64,000 bases of DNA. It comes from Selaginella moellendorffii (lineage: Eukaryota; Plantae; Lycopodiophyta). The notes below the pieces were generated by a model. That model was given only the letters and a program-made list of their open reading frames with translations, was not told the origin of the DNA and did no database searches. Shown here one piece after another: positions 1-12,422 of the stretch. Numbering within the stretch: the stretch's first letter is position 1; each line of letters opens with the position of its first letter. The stretch is taken from contig NW_003314291.1 of NCBI RefSeq assembly GCF_000143415.4, forward strand, positions 108,674-172,673, in the 5' to 3' direction. The position numbers were made by a program, and so were the translations under genes.

Positions 1-290
1 CTTGCGGAAGATAGTCACTAGTGTCGCCGGAGTTGCCATAGCTGCTCGCCATCGTGTTCACGCCGCCATGCTCCATATCTCCGGGAGAGCAAACGTGTTC
101 ATAAAGTATGAAGCGTTGCAAGGTTTGAGACACTGTTCCAGGTGGGCATTTTCTCACGGAAATCGTGGTATCTTCTCCGGAGGTATTTTCTTGACGTCCA
201 GCTTACAATGGGTGGACAGATCTTCAAAAAGAGATTCTAGAGCGGCTAGGACTGTGTTGCAGGGCACGGAGTCACTAACTTAGAGAACAA
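1..290 (-). pseudogene. Partial copy of the degraded PLS-type PPR pseudogene seen at 31260-32050
   Basis: Same sequence as 31767-32050. The minus strand gives PPR-like NTMASSYGNSGD with frameshifts. Confidence 0.5.
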
Positions 291-566
291 ATCCTCCAAC
301 ACCTCTATGAGACATATGTTGCGAGCAGGCCTTCCATACATAACTTGTAAAAACCAGTCTTCTCTTATCATGGTGTTTCTAAGAAACGAGACTTTTGTAG
401 GGCATCATATAGAAAAGCTCTTGAGCTGTGAGTATTTGCCTGCACCTGGCATATGCTAGGAGAAGAATGTTACACAAGATTACATTTCACTGTGGAGAGG
501 CGTTAAACATTTCTTGAAGACTAAGGGCATCCTTTAGGGTTGTTAAAAGGAAAACTAAAATTCCAG

Positions 567-585
567 TTAGGGTTTAGGGTTTAGG
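567..585. promoter_or_regulatory. Telo-box cluster (TTAGGGTTTAGGGTTTAGG) just upstream of the FAM136A ATG
   Basis: Reverse complement of the AAACCCTA telo-box, 10 nt before ATG 596; repeated at 32322-32340. Confidence 0.65.
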
Positions 586-595
586 TCCAGCCGCG

Positions 596-1348
596 ATGGA
601 GGCCATGGAGACCCTCCAGCGGGATCTCAATGACGCGCTCACGGAGGCGATGGGCGAGGTGAATGAGTACGTCTTCTTCACGCTCCAGGTGCGGCTTGCC
701 GGATTTCTACGATTTGATCCTCGTTTTCTTCTGTTCGCAGAGAAATTTCTACAAATGTGCCTACCGCTGCTTCGACGAGCACACGACGGTGTCCCGGGTT
801 GAGCCGTGCGTCCAGCAATGCGGCGCTCCTCCGCAGAGAGCGCAGAACATAATCTCCAACGAGCTCTCGAGCTTCCAGGTATGGGTTTTCTTTTGTCTTT
901 TTTTTTTGTTCTCTTTGGTTTTTGTTTGGGTGTTTGTGTGATTCCTTTTTCTTTTTGCCTGTTATTGGCGTTCGCAAGAGTTCTCCTTGTGCTTGCGTCT
1001 CATTCCAGGCATACAACGATTGCAAAAGCCATTCGATTTTTTTTTTTGTGAGGCTAGATGTGCCTCACTTACGTCGTTGGTTCTTTCACACTTTTGGATT
1101 CGAAAGTTTTCTTGTCCGACTATTCTCTCACACTTTTGTTTGCTTCTCCTGTGCAGGAACGGATCCAGCGAAGTGTACTGGTTTGCAGGGACAAATTTGA
1201 CGAGCAGCGAGACATTGCGGCTCTCACGGAAGACGAACTCGCCAGGAATGCAAAAGACTGCGTCGAGAGAGCTGTCAAAGGACACATCACCGGGATCCCA
1301 AAATTGATGGCCAGAATAAAGTCCCAGATCACCGTCAAGGAGGACTGA
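596..1348 (+). CDS. FAM136A: FAM136A / DUF842 family protein, 140 aa, 3 exons (596-688, 741-878, 1157-1348)
   Basis: GT-AG introns join in frame. Product has twin CX3C motifs (KCAYRCFD, PCVQQCG), ELSSFQ-ERIQRSVLVC-DK and a CV...HI..IPKLMARIK tail typical of DUF842. Confidence 0.88.
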
Positions 1349-2489
1349 AATCTCTGGAGCATTTTTGTAGTAAGATCTTTTTTTCTTCTTCCATCTTTTC
1401 CTTTTGTTGTTTCATTCTTTTGCTCTCGCCGTTCTTGTGTCTTTGTTCCCTTGGCACATATCGAAGGTTGGCCTGGTAACTTACTGCCATTTCAGCTCAA
1501 AAGTTGTGCTAGATCGACCGCTGCCTGGGAGAGAACTGTGCAGCGGCCTAGAGAAACAGTGGCTGCTCCACTCTCGATCCAAGCAACACACTGTTTCGAG
1601 TGTGAGTGGGTTTGCTCTCGATTCAAACTCTCTTGTCTCTCTTGTTTCGACTGTATTGTGTAAGCTTTTTCCAGGTGTGTTCCATAGCGTTCATCGTCCC
1701 TTCCGAATGAGACCACCAAACAGGTACGCGGAGTTTTCTAGCATCTGGTACAGTGCTGCCGCTCCTCCGTTGGTGCCTTACGATGACTCATTGTGCGTCC
1801 TTGCAGGCTAGACAGTTCTTCTCGTCGCATAGCTATCGATTCCTCTCCACGAGAAAAGTTTCTTACTTGTGGAGTGGAGTGAAGATAAAAAGCCGCAGCC
1901 AGCGAGCCATCCAGCGCGAGTTTTAATGCCTGGTGACAAAGGAAGAGTTTTCACGGCATTGGGGGTATGGAAAAAGTATGGAAGAAGCAAGCAAAAGAGA
2001 AAATCTTACTAGTAGTTCTCTGCGCAGGAAAGAAATGGATCTTAAACATGGAAGATAGTCTCGCAGCTTTTGCTTGAAGAAACAGTTTTTGGCTGGCCAC
2101 GAATCTCTGGGTTGGGCGATCCATGATTTCAAACCAAATTGGTAGAGGTAGGCTATTGCAGTTCTTCCTTTTTGTCTACCTCTTTGTGTCAAGTCTAGCA
2201 ACAGTGATTCGAGTGATTTCTTTTGTAAATCCAGGGACGCTTAAAGTTAAAAGCCAAGGATTGATCAAATCAGAGTGACAAAGTCTCGCCAAGTTTGTTT
2301 CGTCGTTAAGTTCGTTGGACAACAAAAATGAATGATGCCATTATATTCGCAAGAGGGACGATCATTATCGAGTGAAACCATATCAACGTTTTAATCGACC
2401 GAAGGTTACAAGGCGTGGTCCAGGCCTGGGCGACGTGGCGGCACGTCCCAGGCTCGGCAAGGCACCGAAGCTGGTGACGGAATCTTCTT

Positions 2490-3350
2490 AACGACTAACT
2501 GATAGATAATTTTTGATATTCATAGTCATATTCGCAACAATATCAAAGGCTATTAAAATCATCAATAATCAATACCCTCAAATCAAATCAAACAATAGTT
2601 ACCTCAACTTGCCACTCAATTCATTTTGAATATTAATATAGTTGCAAACTAGCAAAATGCACAAATGTTAACAATATAAATATATAACCAAATCATCAAT
2701 ATCATCTTTATTAATACTAGTAAAACTAAATGTCAATATTTAAAGAAAGCCCAATTGATCACCAACTATCTAAATCATCACAGATGGAAAATTTAACTTT
2801 CTTAATATGCCCATGGAAAAATATTTCATCTCACTCTAATCTTAACTCTAATAATATTAATATCAAGACATTATTTTAATATCATCAACACTAAAATAAA
2901 GCTAAAAGATAATAAGAGTAAATCACTACTCAACACCAAGCTAACCAAAGTTGAAAGTACTATATTTAGTATTTGAAACCAATCCTTCAATAATACCTAG
3001 TTACACATTAATAAAGAGTGAATATTCATGTCCACAACTCAATGTAATTCATTACCACAAATAACAAGATGATCCTTTGTAGTACCATATGACAAACAGA
3101 CTCATCACTGCTAAATAATCATTTACCTAAGCATAATCCTTGACTAAAATTATGAGCAATCACTAGTTACAAAGCAACTAACTATCATTGTTCAATCTGC
3201 CTTCATATAATTTAGCATCAAACTCATGTCATAAAGCCATATACTTATAAAATAAAAAAGTATCAATGTAGGTAACAATATATAGAATATGGATAAAATC
3301 TTACAATAATAAACCCATCTATACATTTAGGTAATAGTACAATATGGATA
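2490..3350. repeat. AT-rich decayed repeat (family A), homologous to 14045-14950; its first ~50 nt recur at 21440-21490
   Basis: Shared collinear text (tcatattcgcaacaatatcaaa...tcaatgtaat...aaacccatctata). No intact ORF. Confidence 0.75.
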
Positions 3351-4039
3351 TATGAAAATATAATCTTTGTGATCAAGTCTTAAATATAAAGCCAAAACAT
3401 TAACACCAAATGTAGTGCATATCTAAACCCTATGGAAAATTACCATAACATAACCATCACCATAACTAAAACCCTAGAGTTAACCTCTATTTTTATATAA
3501 ATTGAAATTTAACCCTTGTGTTAAAGGCAATAGTGTGGAACTCAAGTTTCAAAGTCTTAACCTATAAAGGAATGGAATTAAACTTCCAAGCATATAACAA
3601 ACAAGTAAAAGAATAGAAGTATGGAACAATATTGGAATAGTCTTAAAGCATTTTAATGCCCAAAACTAATATGTGAAATATAGCCAAACAAAGTTGATGG
3701 TCTAACGTAAAAATTATAGATACTTCACCAACTCATATGGTATAAAGCTTAAGCTTTGAAGCCAAACACAAAATAATGGCAAAACACCCTCAACAAAGAG
3801 TTACATAATATTATTCCTATTATACATTTGAAGCCCTTTATAAGCAAGTCTCCTCATGCACTGGTTTCCCTTACACCAACCTCTGATTTGAAAATTAACT
3901 TTCTTTCCTTATGAGAATTCTTGTGTAGCCTCCAAATAGTCTCCAATTCCTGCTTGAGTGGTTTAGAAACTTTCCAGAGTACTCAAGGAATGAGTTGTAC
4001 TTGTTGGGGGAGAGCTGCTCTGCTAAGTTATGCTACCAA

Positions 4040-4320
4040 GTCACTGTGATCAAGCCATAAGTAGGTCATTTATGAAAAATTTGGACCACATTGCCCATGG
4101 TAAACATCATCAACCTGAAAGGATTCTCAGTAAGATATTGTGAAATGGACAACACAAAAGAGCAGCTTTTATACCACAGTTTGGGAATGCATGGACTGAT
4201 CCTGCTCATGACATGCGAGGCGATGTTGAATTTTACTACAGTCACTCTTCATTCCAGAGAAGACTTACAACGCGCTGTAAACTGTGATTTTTCCACCATG
4301 CACCCAATCCTCAGGGTTCC
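4040..4320 (-). repeat. Inverted copy of the intron-containing gene fragment at 12675-12920 and 30150-30420
   Basis: Reverse complement matches tctggaatga..gtgactgtagtaaaa..gcatgtcatgagcaggatcagtcc..ccatgggcaatgtggtccaaa. Confidence 0.75.
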
Positions 4321-4349
4321 ATAAATCCAAACTGTCAAGGAGCTTTGGC

Positions 4350-5255
4350 CATCACGAACCGCTTGATAAGTGGACTTACATTTACAAACCTCCATGTAAA
4401 CGGTCGTCTATCACGGTAAACTCCGAAGTGGACATTTGTTGACTGAGTTCTCGTGGACATTTGTTGTATGAGTTCTCCGGGAAAGACGTTCAGAGTCGTT
4501 CACGCACGGCAGGGACATCACCAAGGTATCTAGTTAATGCTACAAAACGTACCTTTCATATGAACTTGCTTCAACTCGGACCCCTCTTGATGAGTACGAA
4601 AAACATCCAAGATCAAGTACTTGTATTACAATTCCGATCAACAGGGCGTGAATCTTTGAGCCTTGCACACTTGACGCTGCCTAGAAGATATGTTCGTGTT
4701 GCCCCTCATCATTTAGCCAGAAGTCACCCGTCATTGGAGCGTATGCTAGAAAATCCTCTGAAACATGATAGAATTAGATAAGTCAGAGAAAACGGAAAGC
4801 AAAGCAAGAATTACCTAAGACTGGCCTCGGTTCTTGAGTATGAATAGGCTCCTCAACATCGATGCTCCTCCTCGTCGCCGTCAAACTCTGGAGCGCGGCT
4901 CCACGGCAACCGACCTGTCCAACTGTGCTCTCTCATCGGTTCTCCTCGACTTCTCTTCCGCCTCAGCCTTCATCTTTCGACGCTCCTCGTTTAGCCTCCC
5001 CAAAGCTTTGCATCTGATACACGTCTAGATCAGCTCGAGCCTTTTAGCAATCTCAACAGAGCCTCGAAGGCTGGCAAGAAGATATTGTTGGTGATTTTTT
5101 TTCATCAAAGCGTTCCCTCCTGTGGGTTGCTGCTCCCTTCTATCATCTCAACACCACTTCTGTCTCAGAGTTGACTGATTCCGCAGCTGGTGTGTGGGCT
5201 TGCGCTGCTTTAGCTGCCCGAGTAGCTGTTACTGCTGCCTGAGATTTTGCTTCAA
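4350..5255 (-). pseudogene. Degraded spliced gene fragment of unknown family, upstream of hevein copy 1
   Basis: Minus strand gives EAKSQAAVTATRAAKAAQAHTPAAES and RLNEERRKMKAEAEEKSRR, a clean ~58-nt GTAATT...TTTCAG intron near 4757-4814, and in-frame stops. Partial copies lie upstream of other hevein genes. Confidence 0.4.
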
Positions 5256-5642
5256 CCTATTTTGGTTTCTCCCCAACAATGCATAGTATAAACCAACCAC
5301 AAACTTACAAGCGAGCTGCATTTCCATTGCACAGAAGACTGCCTCGCACCCTGTCTAATGATGCTTTATTTACATGCAGTCTTTTGAAGATAGCTGGCTG
5401 AATATTGTGCCATGTCCGGGATTTTATAAGATTCTCAACTACATAAGGAAGGAACCCACCGGTCTTCGTCACTGAAAACAGTTGGTTTCTGAAACATCCT
5501 ACAGGATTCAACCACGCATGCTTCTTATGAAACTTCGAAATGGTCAAGCGATAAGGTCTTGTGTCACACTTCAAATGCAAATGTGTCATGGTCGTGTACA
5601 CTGTGTCACCTTCCTCCAAAATTCAATCTATGGGCGAAATCG

Positions 5643-5709
5643 AGAAACTGGTAGATCATGAAGCTAAAGTCTTTCCAGAAACTGGTAGATCATGGAGCTA
5701 AAGTCTTTT
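5643..5709 (+). repeat. Tandem 34-bp direct repeat (AGAAACTGGTAGATCATG(A/G)AGCTAAAGTCTTT) in the hevein promoter
   Basis: Two adjacent units, also present upstream of copies 2, 3, 5 and 6; only a partial unit upstream of copy 4. Confidence 0.8.
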
Positions 5710-5793
5710 AGCAAAATATGTAATTGCGATGCGAACAAAACTGCGCTCTAGGTTTTCAAAAGTTGTGATGGACTTTGCTTGCAACCCCCCCGC

Positions 5794-5802
5794 TATATAA
5801 AT
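5794..5802 (+). promoter_or_regulatory. TATA box (TATATAAAT) of hevein copy 1, conserved upstream of all six copies
   Basis: Canonical plant TATA starting 77 nt upstream of ATG 5871. Confidence 0.75.
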
Positions 5803-5870
5803 GCGCCCCGCCTCTCCATTCAATCAAACACTGCTCAGCTCTATCCATAGTTAAAGTGCTACTGTTTGCA

Positions 5871-6104
5871 ATGGCGTCCCTTCGTGCTTTCGCTGCTTTC
5901 TTCTTGTGCATGCTCGTTGTTGCAATGGTGGAGCACGCCAATGTGGTGGAAGCTCAATGTGATACAGGCGGTCCCTGTTGCGGTCGTCAGGGTAGAGGAC
6001 GCCGCTGCAACTCGGGCCTGTGCTGCAGCCAGTTTGGCTACTGCGGATCGACATCGGAGTACTGTGGCGCGGGCTGCCAGCGCGGCTATGGGAGATGCAA
6101 CTAA
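5871..6104 (+). CDS. Secreted hevein-like chitin-binding peptide precursor, copy 1 (77 aa, 10 Cys in mature peptide)
   Basis: Hydrophobic signal peptide ending VEA|Q. CGRQ...C...[20 protein letters not shown]...C is the CBM18/hevein signature. TATA box upstream. Confidence 0.93.
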   Translation: MASLRAFAAFFLCMLVVAMVEHANVVEAQCDTGGPCCGRQGRGRRCNSGLCCSQFGYCGSTSEYCGAGCQRGYGRCN

Positions 6105-7879
6105 ATATTCCATCTAATGTGCTAGACACCTCCAGCATGAAAGTTGCGAGTAATATCTAAATAAGCACTGGTGTCCTCTATTCTCTTTTTATATATATGG
6201 TGTGATGTTTGCTATGTTACCAAGCTGAACGCATTAAAAATCTCATCCAATGCAATCTCCTTCACCAATGACGCCCAATGCACTGCAGGTTAGTATGATG
6301 GATTCCTTCTACTGCATGCCACACTTGATCTTTCTTTTACAGCTTTCATCTGAATTGGACCTGCTAGTTCTCCTTGGCTTGGCATTCAAATGAAGCAATG
6401 AAGAGAAAGGATACAGGAGCAGCCTTCCTTACAATATGTTTATCTCAGATTGAATTTTTATTCAGGGCTTCAATGTAGAAATTGCAGTGATCTGTTGAGT
6501 GCTAGAGTAGTAGCACACATGTAGACGGACATCCTCTCTTTTGCATCAGCTGTTTTTTAAGGCAGACTGTAAGAAGTTATAATGTTCTGTTACGTGGCAC
6601 TTTGCAGGAACATCAGCATTTTTTAGCACATATGAGCATTACTATCACACTAACTCATCTTATAGCTGCGCAGCTAAGAGATGAGCTAGTGCGATAGCAA
6701 TAACAAGTTGAGTCCAACTGGGCTGTGATTCCCATAATAAACATTTTGGTTTTACCAAGCAAGGTTGGCTCTATGGTAGGATAATAGTTGCAATGGCTTC
6801 AATGTCAATATCTTTTTTTGATGATATTCCTATGACATTTACAAGAGATTGGGGATTGTTTGCAGGGCTGATTCAAATTGCCAGACATAGAGCTGGCAGG
6901 AGTGGATTTACTGGAAAGAAAGCTTTTTTATAAAAGTCTTACACCAGCATAAACGTGCAATAGAAAGGTGAATCAAGACTCAAGAATCTAGACAATCTTA
7001 ACACAGATTCTAGGTTACAAATAGCAGTTTCTAGCATTGAAGCCAGATTTTTACAACTCGCTTTTGAGAATGGAAGGGAGAGCACTAAAAAATTAACTTC
7101 TCCAAGGGGAGCATGATCCTGAGCCACCATAGCTTGCTCCACCATTGTAAGCAAGCAAGAAGGCAGAAGAAGATAGGAAAAAGCATTGTGAACCTGAAGA
7201 GTGCGAGAGAAATAAAAGCTACAATGGATAGCCGTTAAAAAACTACACTTCTTGAACCTTGACCACAGTTTTGTCTCTCTACTGTCACAATTACATATCT
7301 ACTATGTATATGATTCAGGAAGGACATAACTTTATGACCAAACCGGAATCAGTTTCTTGACATTTGAACATTGTTTTGAAGTGCACTTCACATATACTTA
7401 AAACTGATTTGGCTGTCCACGTGGATGGGCTGAGCAAGCTAAAAGTGAGGTTTGATTTCTTTTAGCAATGGTGCTGCTGTTACTTTTGAGCTATGGCACA
7501 TGCAACTTTGGAGATGCAAGGACAAGAAGCAGTGTCAATGAAGGTCCATCATGGGAGTGTTACAGAAGTAGAAGGTTGCTGGGATCATGCCACTGGATGG
7601 ACAGCAGCATCTATAAAAAGAATCAAAAAACACTCAAACTTTTAATACTTATTTTAACAATGCTTGTTATGTGAGGTGTGAAAGTTTAACTACTCTCTCT
7701 GTCTCTCTCTCACACATTCCAATTTTGGTGTTTGCCACCTTTGATGTGGGAATAGTGATTGCCAACATTATTTGAGGACCAAGTGGTGAGTGATCACATG
7801 GTTAGCCTAACCTTTTTATTTGAGGACTAGATTGCTCCTGCTTTCATAACATCACTTGCACTATTTTTGCTCCATGTTG

Positions 7880-8000
7880 AAAACTTCCAACTTTTTGACG
7901 CAAACAAGCTTCACTGACTTAGAGATCCTTGCCCTTGATGAGCAGCACAAGGCCTTAGGCAGGTACAAAGAACAAGCTTAAAGTGGTCATTGACTCCTTA
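7880..8000 (+). mobile_element. Truncated Ty3/gypsy integrase C-terminal remnant
   Basis: Homologous to the start of the GPY-motif fragments at 19480-19780 and 25150-25410. Confidence 0.45.
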
Positions 8001-9079
8001 ACTATTTTTGAATTTATTACCTTCATTTCATCTCACCATTTATTACCTTCATCACCACAAAGTCACAACCAAATCACACACCATTCTTTCTACACACCAT
8101 TGCTCATTCTTCATAATAGTTACCCACATTAAGATTATAGCAATTTCATCTACTTCCTATCTATAGTCCTTGATATTCAAAATGAATGGTTATGATAGTG
8201 AAGAGGCCTAAAATTACAAGTCACAACTACTATGAACAATTTAAAGTGTTGAAACATTGCTTATTCAGTGGTGGCATTTATCCATAAATGCCTAGGGCCA
8301 AAGAAAAGTGTTGTCAATTGTCAGTTTGCTCAAGAAAGTGGCTTGGGCATTCTTTATATGCTGGATGATGCTAGCTTAAGAAACATCACTCCAAAAGTGC
8401 TATGCTGTAAAATCTTTATTGTAAATGGTATATTGGATTTCGATAATTTTTACTGCTATCAAAAAGTATTTATGGCTATAGTGGAGTGATATGACATTCT
8501 TGGCCTCATTCATTCCTTCACACTTTCACTCACTTTAGCATTTACCACTATTGGGATCCATCACCATATTACTAAAACTTTTGAGGGTGACATTCCATAA
8601 GTTTGAAAACCTTTCATTTATAATCAAAATTTAGTTTTTGCTATCATTTGGTCTCTTTACCTCTTTCTTTTTCTCTTTTTTTTTCTCATTTTTTCTTCTT
8701 TATTTTTCCAAGTGTCTAGTTTGCATTTAACATTTTTCCTATTGGGTTTTTCTCTCTAGTATTAAATTTCACACTACATTTCGCTTTATTTCTTTTTTTT
8801 TATTTCTCTTCTTTTCTTTTGGTTTTTTATTTTATTTTTCTTTCTTTGTTTGCATTTTTCTCTTTTGGGTGTTTGAACAACATGATTTTTACAACTAGGC
8901 TGTGGGTTCTCTTTTCCCTAGGGCTTACTCACTCACTTGTTGTTGGTCACTTGTTGGGATGCAAAATATAACTTAAAGCACTTAAAATATTTTAATTCCT
9001 AAAATATCCTCATCTCTTTGTATAAAAGCCTAATGAGTGACTAACAGTTATGACATTTAGGGCATTTGGAAGAGCTTGA

Positions 9080-10030
9080 GTTTGTGCAATGAAGGTGATG
9101 AGAATTTGAGTTTGAAAGGTTAGGAAATAGCATTTATCTCCTAATAGTCAAAGTGCTTGAAGAGTGGTAGCATAACATTTCAAGGTATACATAGATAATG
9201 TAAGATTAAAACACTTTTTGTCACAACCTAACATTTGGGGAAAACAAGGTTGGTGGGTTAATGCTTTAATTAAGTTTGATTGCATAAGTTAGAGAAGATC
9301 AATATTGTGGCAAATGTTATAATTCGGAAAGCAAGTCTAGAGTTGATGGTATCTAACACAATAACAGCCTTCTAGAATAATATGTGGATAGTGTATAAGG
9401 ACAATGAATTAATATAGAAGGTGTTGCTAAGGAAAAAGAGACATGAGATATTCTTTAATAAAACAAGCTGCCCAATAAAGAGAAAGTAGATTATATAAAA
9501 TGTAATGGACTCATTTATTATAAACAAACGAGGGTGTATATTCAAAAGAGGAACTAAGGAAAATAACTTTTAAAAAGTGTCATGACAGGCTTTTTAAAGG
9601 ATATAATAAAGTGCCCAAAACTATAAGTTTGCTCAAGAGAAAGTATCATTGACTGAATATAAATAAAAATATACAAAACTATGTAAATACATGCCAAATA
9701 TATTAGTAGTGAAAGTTATGACTAGGTTTATAACAAAACCTCCCAATCCTTGATCATCTATAGAAACTTTTTATAATGAACTTTATCACAAAATTCCCCC
9801 CAAGCACGGGTTGTGAATTGGTTTTTGAAAATGACATAGTTTATACCCACAATAAAAGTGAATGCAAAAGGTATGGTGAAATTATTCTTTGAACAAATGG
9901 TTCAAATATTGGAAATGCTAGAGGAAATTATCTTAGAATAAGATAATATATTCATCAGTAAATTGTAGAGAACTCTTTTGGATGCAATATCATGCAAAAT
10001 TGAAATTCAACACCATCTATCACCATGTAT
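9080..10030 (+). mobile_element. Degenerate Ty3/gypsy pol fragment (RNaseH end to integrase)
   Basis: Frameshifted motifs NIVANV (N.VADALSR), GLIYYKQTRVYI, KKCHD, RKYH..NI.K..QNYVNTC and LPI..H....MNFITK.P. Confidence 0.75.
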
Positions 10031-10179
10031 AAAAAACATTGATACAACTGTAATGTCACATACTAAAATTCATATTATAGTTTTGGCAAAGAAATTAACC
10101 ACCTGTTTACTAGATTCAATGTAAATAATTATAACGTTTTCAATTTAGTTTAAAACTAAAGGTTTTTATATTATGTAAA

Positions 10180-11210
10180 AGACAATGAAACCACTATAAT
10201 ACCCTAAATAGAAATTATTTTATAGTCAGATAAACTAAAGACTATTGCAATTAATTCCAAGGTAAATTATCGTTTGGTTTTAAATATATTTTATTATATA
10301 GTTTCTCTATAAAGTCATATGAATAAAGCAATGATGTTAACACTAAAGCTAGTGTTATGTAGAAATCACAACAATCTACCTTTGTAATAGAGAATAAGAT
10401 GAACAAACATTTTCTAACCCATTTGAATACATTCTGAGTTAATTTTTATTGTAGTAGAATGAAAAATAAGAGATGGTAACTTTAGAAATTCCACAAAATA
10501 AATCTAGACATTCTAAAAAAGATGAGGTGAGTATTTTAATCTCCATTTGAGTTATAGTAATGTATATAATTGTTCTGGTTTCTGTGTAGCAGACCAAAAT
10601 TAAAAAGTTGAACATAAATTTTCTAAAGACATTATAGGGCTACTCATTAAAAATAAGATTACCTTTTAGAATATCAAAAGGTTTTTCAAAATGGATGACA
10701 AGTTTTACTAGTTGTTTAATGAAAGAAGAACTAAAACAAAAGAAGCTTTAAAGTATATTATTGGACATATTTTAAAGGTTAGGCACCTTATGATATTTTC
10801 AGAAGTACAAACAATGAATACTTAGAATGAAAGTACATTGACTATTCATAAGGTTTACAGATCTGGTAAGATATATGGAAACATATAAAAATTATACAGT
10901 TAAATTAAATCATAAATGCATAAAATTATATGAAAAATTATATAAATATTTTTCTAAACTCAATGAAAAATTTATTTTGAATTTTATAATTAACTATATA
11001 ATTAACCATATCTCAAACACACACAGAGATATATATATATATATCAAAAATATATAAAATCCTAAACATTCTACCATATGAAAAACTACAAAGTAACATC
11101 TTTATTAAAAACTATAGAAGACACTAGAGTAAAAAGTATTTATAACACTAATACTTAAACTATATACATTAACAAACTATTTTGAACAGATATATAATTT
11201 TCTTATATTG
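10180..11210. repeat. AT-rich decayed repeat (family B) with residual splice signals; copies at 21490-22440 and 27800-28700
   Basis: Shared collinear text; GAG|GTGAGT...TGTGTAG intron-like segment; no intact ORF. Confidence 0.65.
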
Positions 11211-12188
11211 GAAATCCTATTTATCTAACTGAGTGCTTCATATAGTTAAATTTTGAAAAACTACATCAATGGGTTTGTTGTGCAAGGCTTTGGGTCTGAT
11301 ACACGTCTAGATCAGCTCAAGCTTTTTAGCAATCTTAACTGAACCTGGCAATAGTGATTTTCTTCATCCAAGCATTCACTCCAGTGGGTTGCTACTCCAT
11401 TCTATCATCGCAACACCACTTCTGTCTCAGAGTTAACTGATTCTGCAGCTGGTGTGTGGGCTTGTGCTGCTTTAGCTGCCCGAGTATGTGTTACTGCTGC
11501 CTGAGATTTTGCTTCCACGCAGCAGATCGTGCTTGAGCAATGCTAGGGAATTTCTCCCCAAGCTCGTACAATGCATTGTATAAACCAGCAAACCACAAAC
11601 TTACAAGCGAGCTGCATTTCCATTGGACAGAAGACTGCCTCGCCTGTCTAATGATGCTTTATTTAAATGCAGTCTTTTGAAGATAGCTGGCTGAATATTG
11701 TGCCATGTCCGGGATTTTATAAGATTCTCGACTACATTAAGGAAGGAACCCACTGGTCTTCGTCACTGAAAGCAGTTGGTTTCTGAAACATCCTACCTTC
11801 ACAGGATTCAACCCGCATGCTTCTTACGAAATTTCGCTCAATGGTCAAGCGATAAGGTCTTGTGTCACACTTCAAATGCAAATGTGTCATGGTCGGGTTT
11901 GGCCGCAGACCTGTGTACACTGTGTCACCTTCCTCCAAAATTCAATCTATGGGCGAAATCGAGAGAATGGTAGATCATGGAGCCAAAGTCTTTCCAGAAA
12001 CTGGTAGATCATGGAGCTAAAGTCTTTTACCAAATATGTAATTGTGATGCGAACAAAAATGCGCTCTAGGTTTTCAAAAGTTGTGATGGACTTTGCTTGC
12101 AACCCCCCCGCTATATAAATGCGCCCCGCCTCTCCATTCAATCAAACACTGCTCAGCTCTATCCATAGTTAAAGTGCTACTGTTTGCA

Positions 12189-12422
12189 ATGGCGTCCCTT
12201 CGTGCTTTCGCTGCTTTCTTCTTGTGCATGCTCGTTGTTGCAATGGTGGAGCACGCCAATGTGGTGGAAGCTCAATGTGATACAGGCGGTCCCTGTTGCG
12301 GTCGTCAGGGTAGAGGACGCCGCTGCAACTCGGGCCTGTGCTGCAGCCAGTTTGGCTACTGCGGATCGACATCGGAGTACTGTGGCGCGGGCTGCCAGCG
12401 CGGCTATGGGAGATGCAACTAA
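12189..12422 (+). CDS. Hevein-like peptide precursor, copy 2 (identical protein to copy 1)
   Basis: Same signal peptide and [18 protein letters not shown]...SEYC...GRCN. Confidence 0.93.
   Translation: MASLRAFAAFFLCMLVVAMVEHANVVEAQCDTGGPCCGRQGRGRRCNSGLCCSQFGYCGSTSEYCGAGCQRGYGRCN

Larger units (their letters stand above)
1..2489. repeat. Segmental duplication copy, near-identical to 31767-34259; runs off the left window edge
   Basis: Starts cttgcggaagatagtcac as at 31767 and stays collinear to ...gacggaatcttctt (2489 vs 34259), with only scattered SNPs and indels. Confidence 0.95.

Noticed and set aside
533-585. TTTAGGG repeats as an interstitial telomere or chromosome-healing site
   Set aside because: Only 2-3 units directly before an ATG; better explained as promoter telo-boxes.
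1404-1811. 135-aa ORF identical in both duplicated segments
   Set aside because: TTG start in pyrimidine-rich UTR/intergenic DNA with no domain; identity is explained by the recent duplication.
5643-5709. CRISPR-like repeat-spacer array
   Set aside because: Two directly adjacent units with no spacers, in a eukaryotic context.
5775-5870. 109-aa extended hevein ORFs (also 12093 and 29569) and the GTG-start 82-83 aa versions
   Set aside because: They use non-ATG starts, and the longest run through the TATA box. The ATG of MASLR gives a proper signal peptide.
5756-6138. Overlapping antisense and alternate-frame ORFs repeated at every hevein copy
   Set aside because: They recur only because the DNA is duplicated; no motifs; shadows of a GC-rich CDS.
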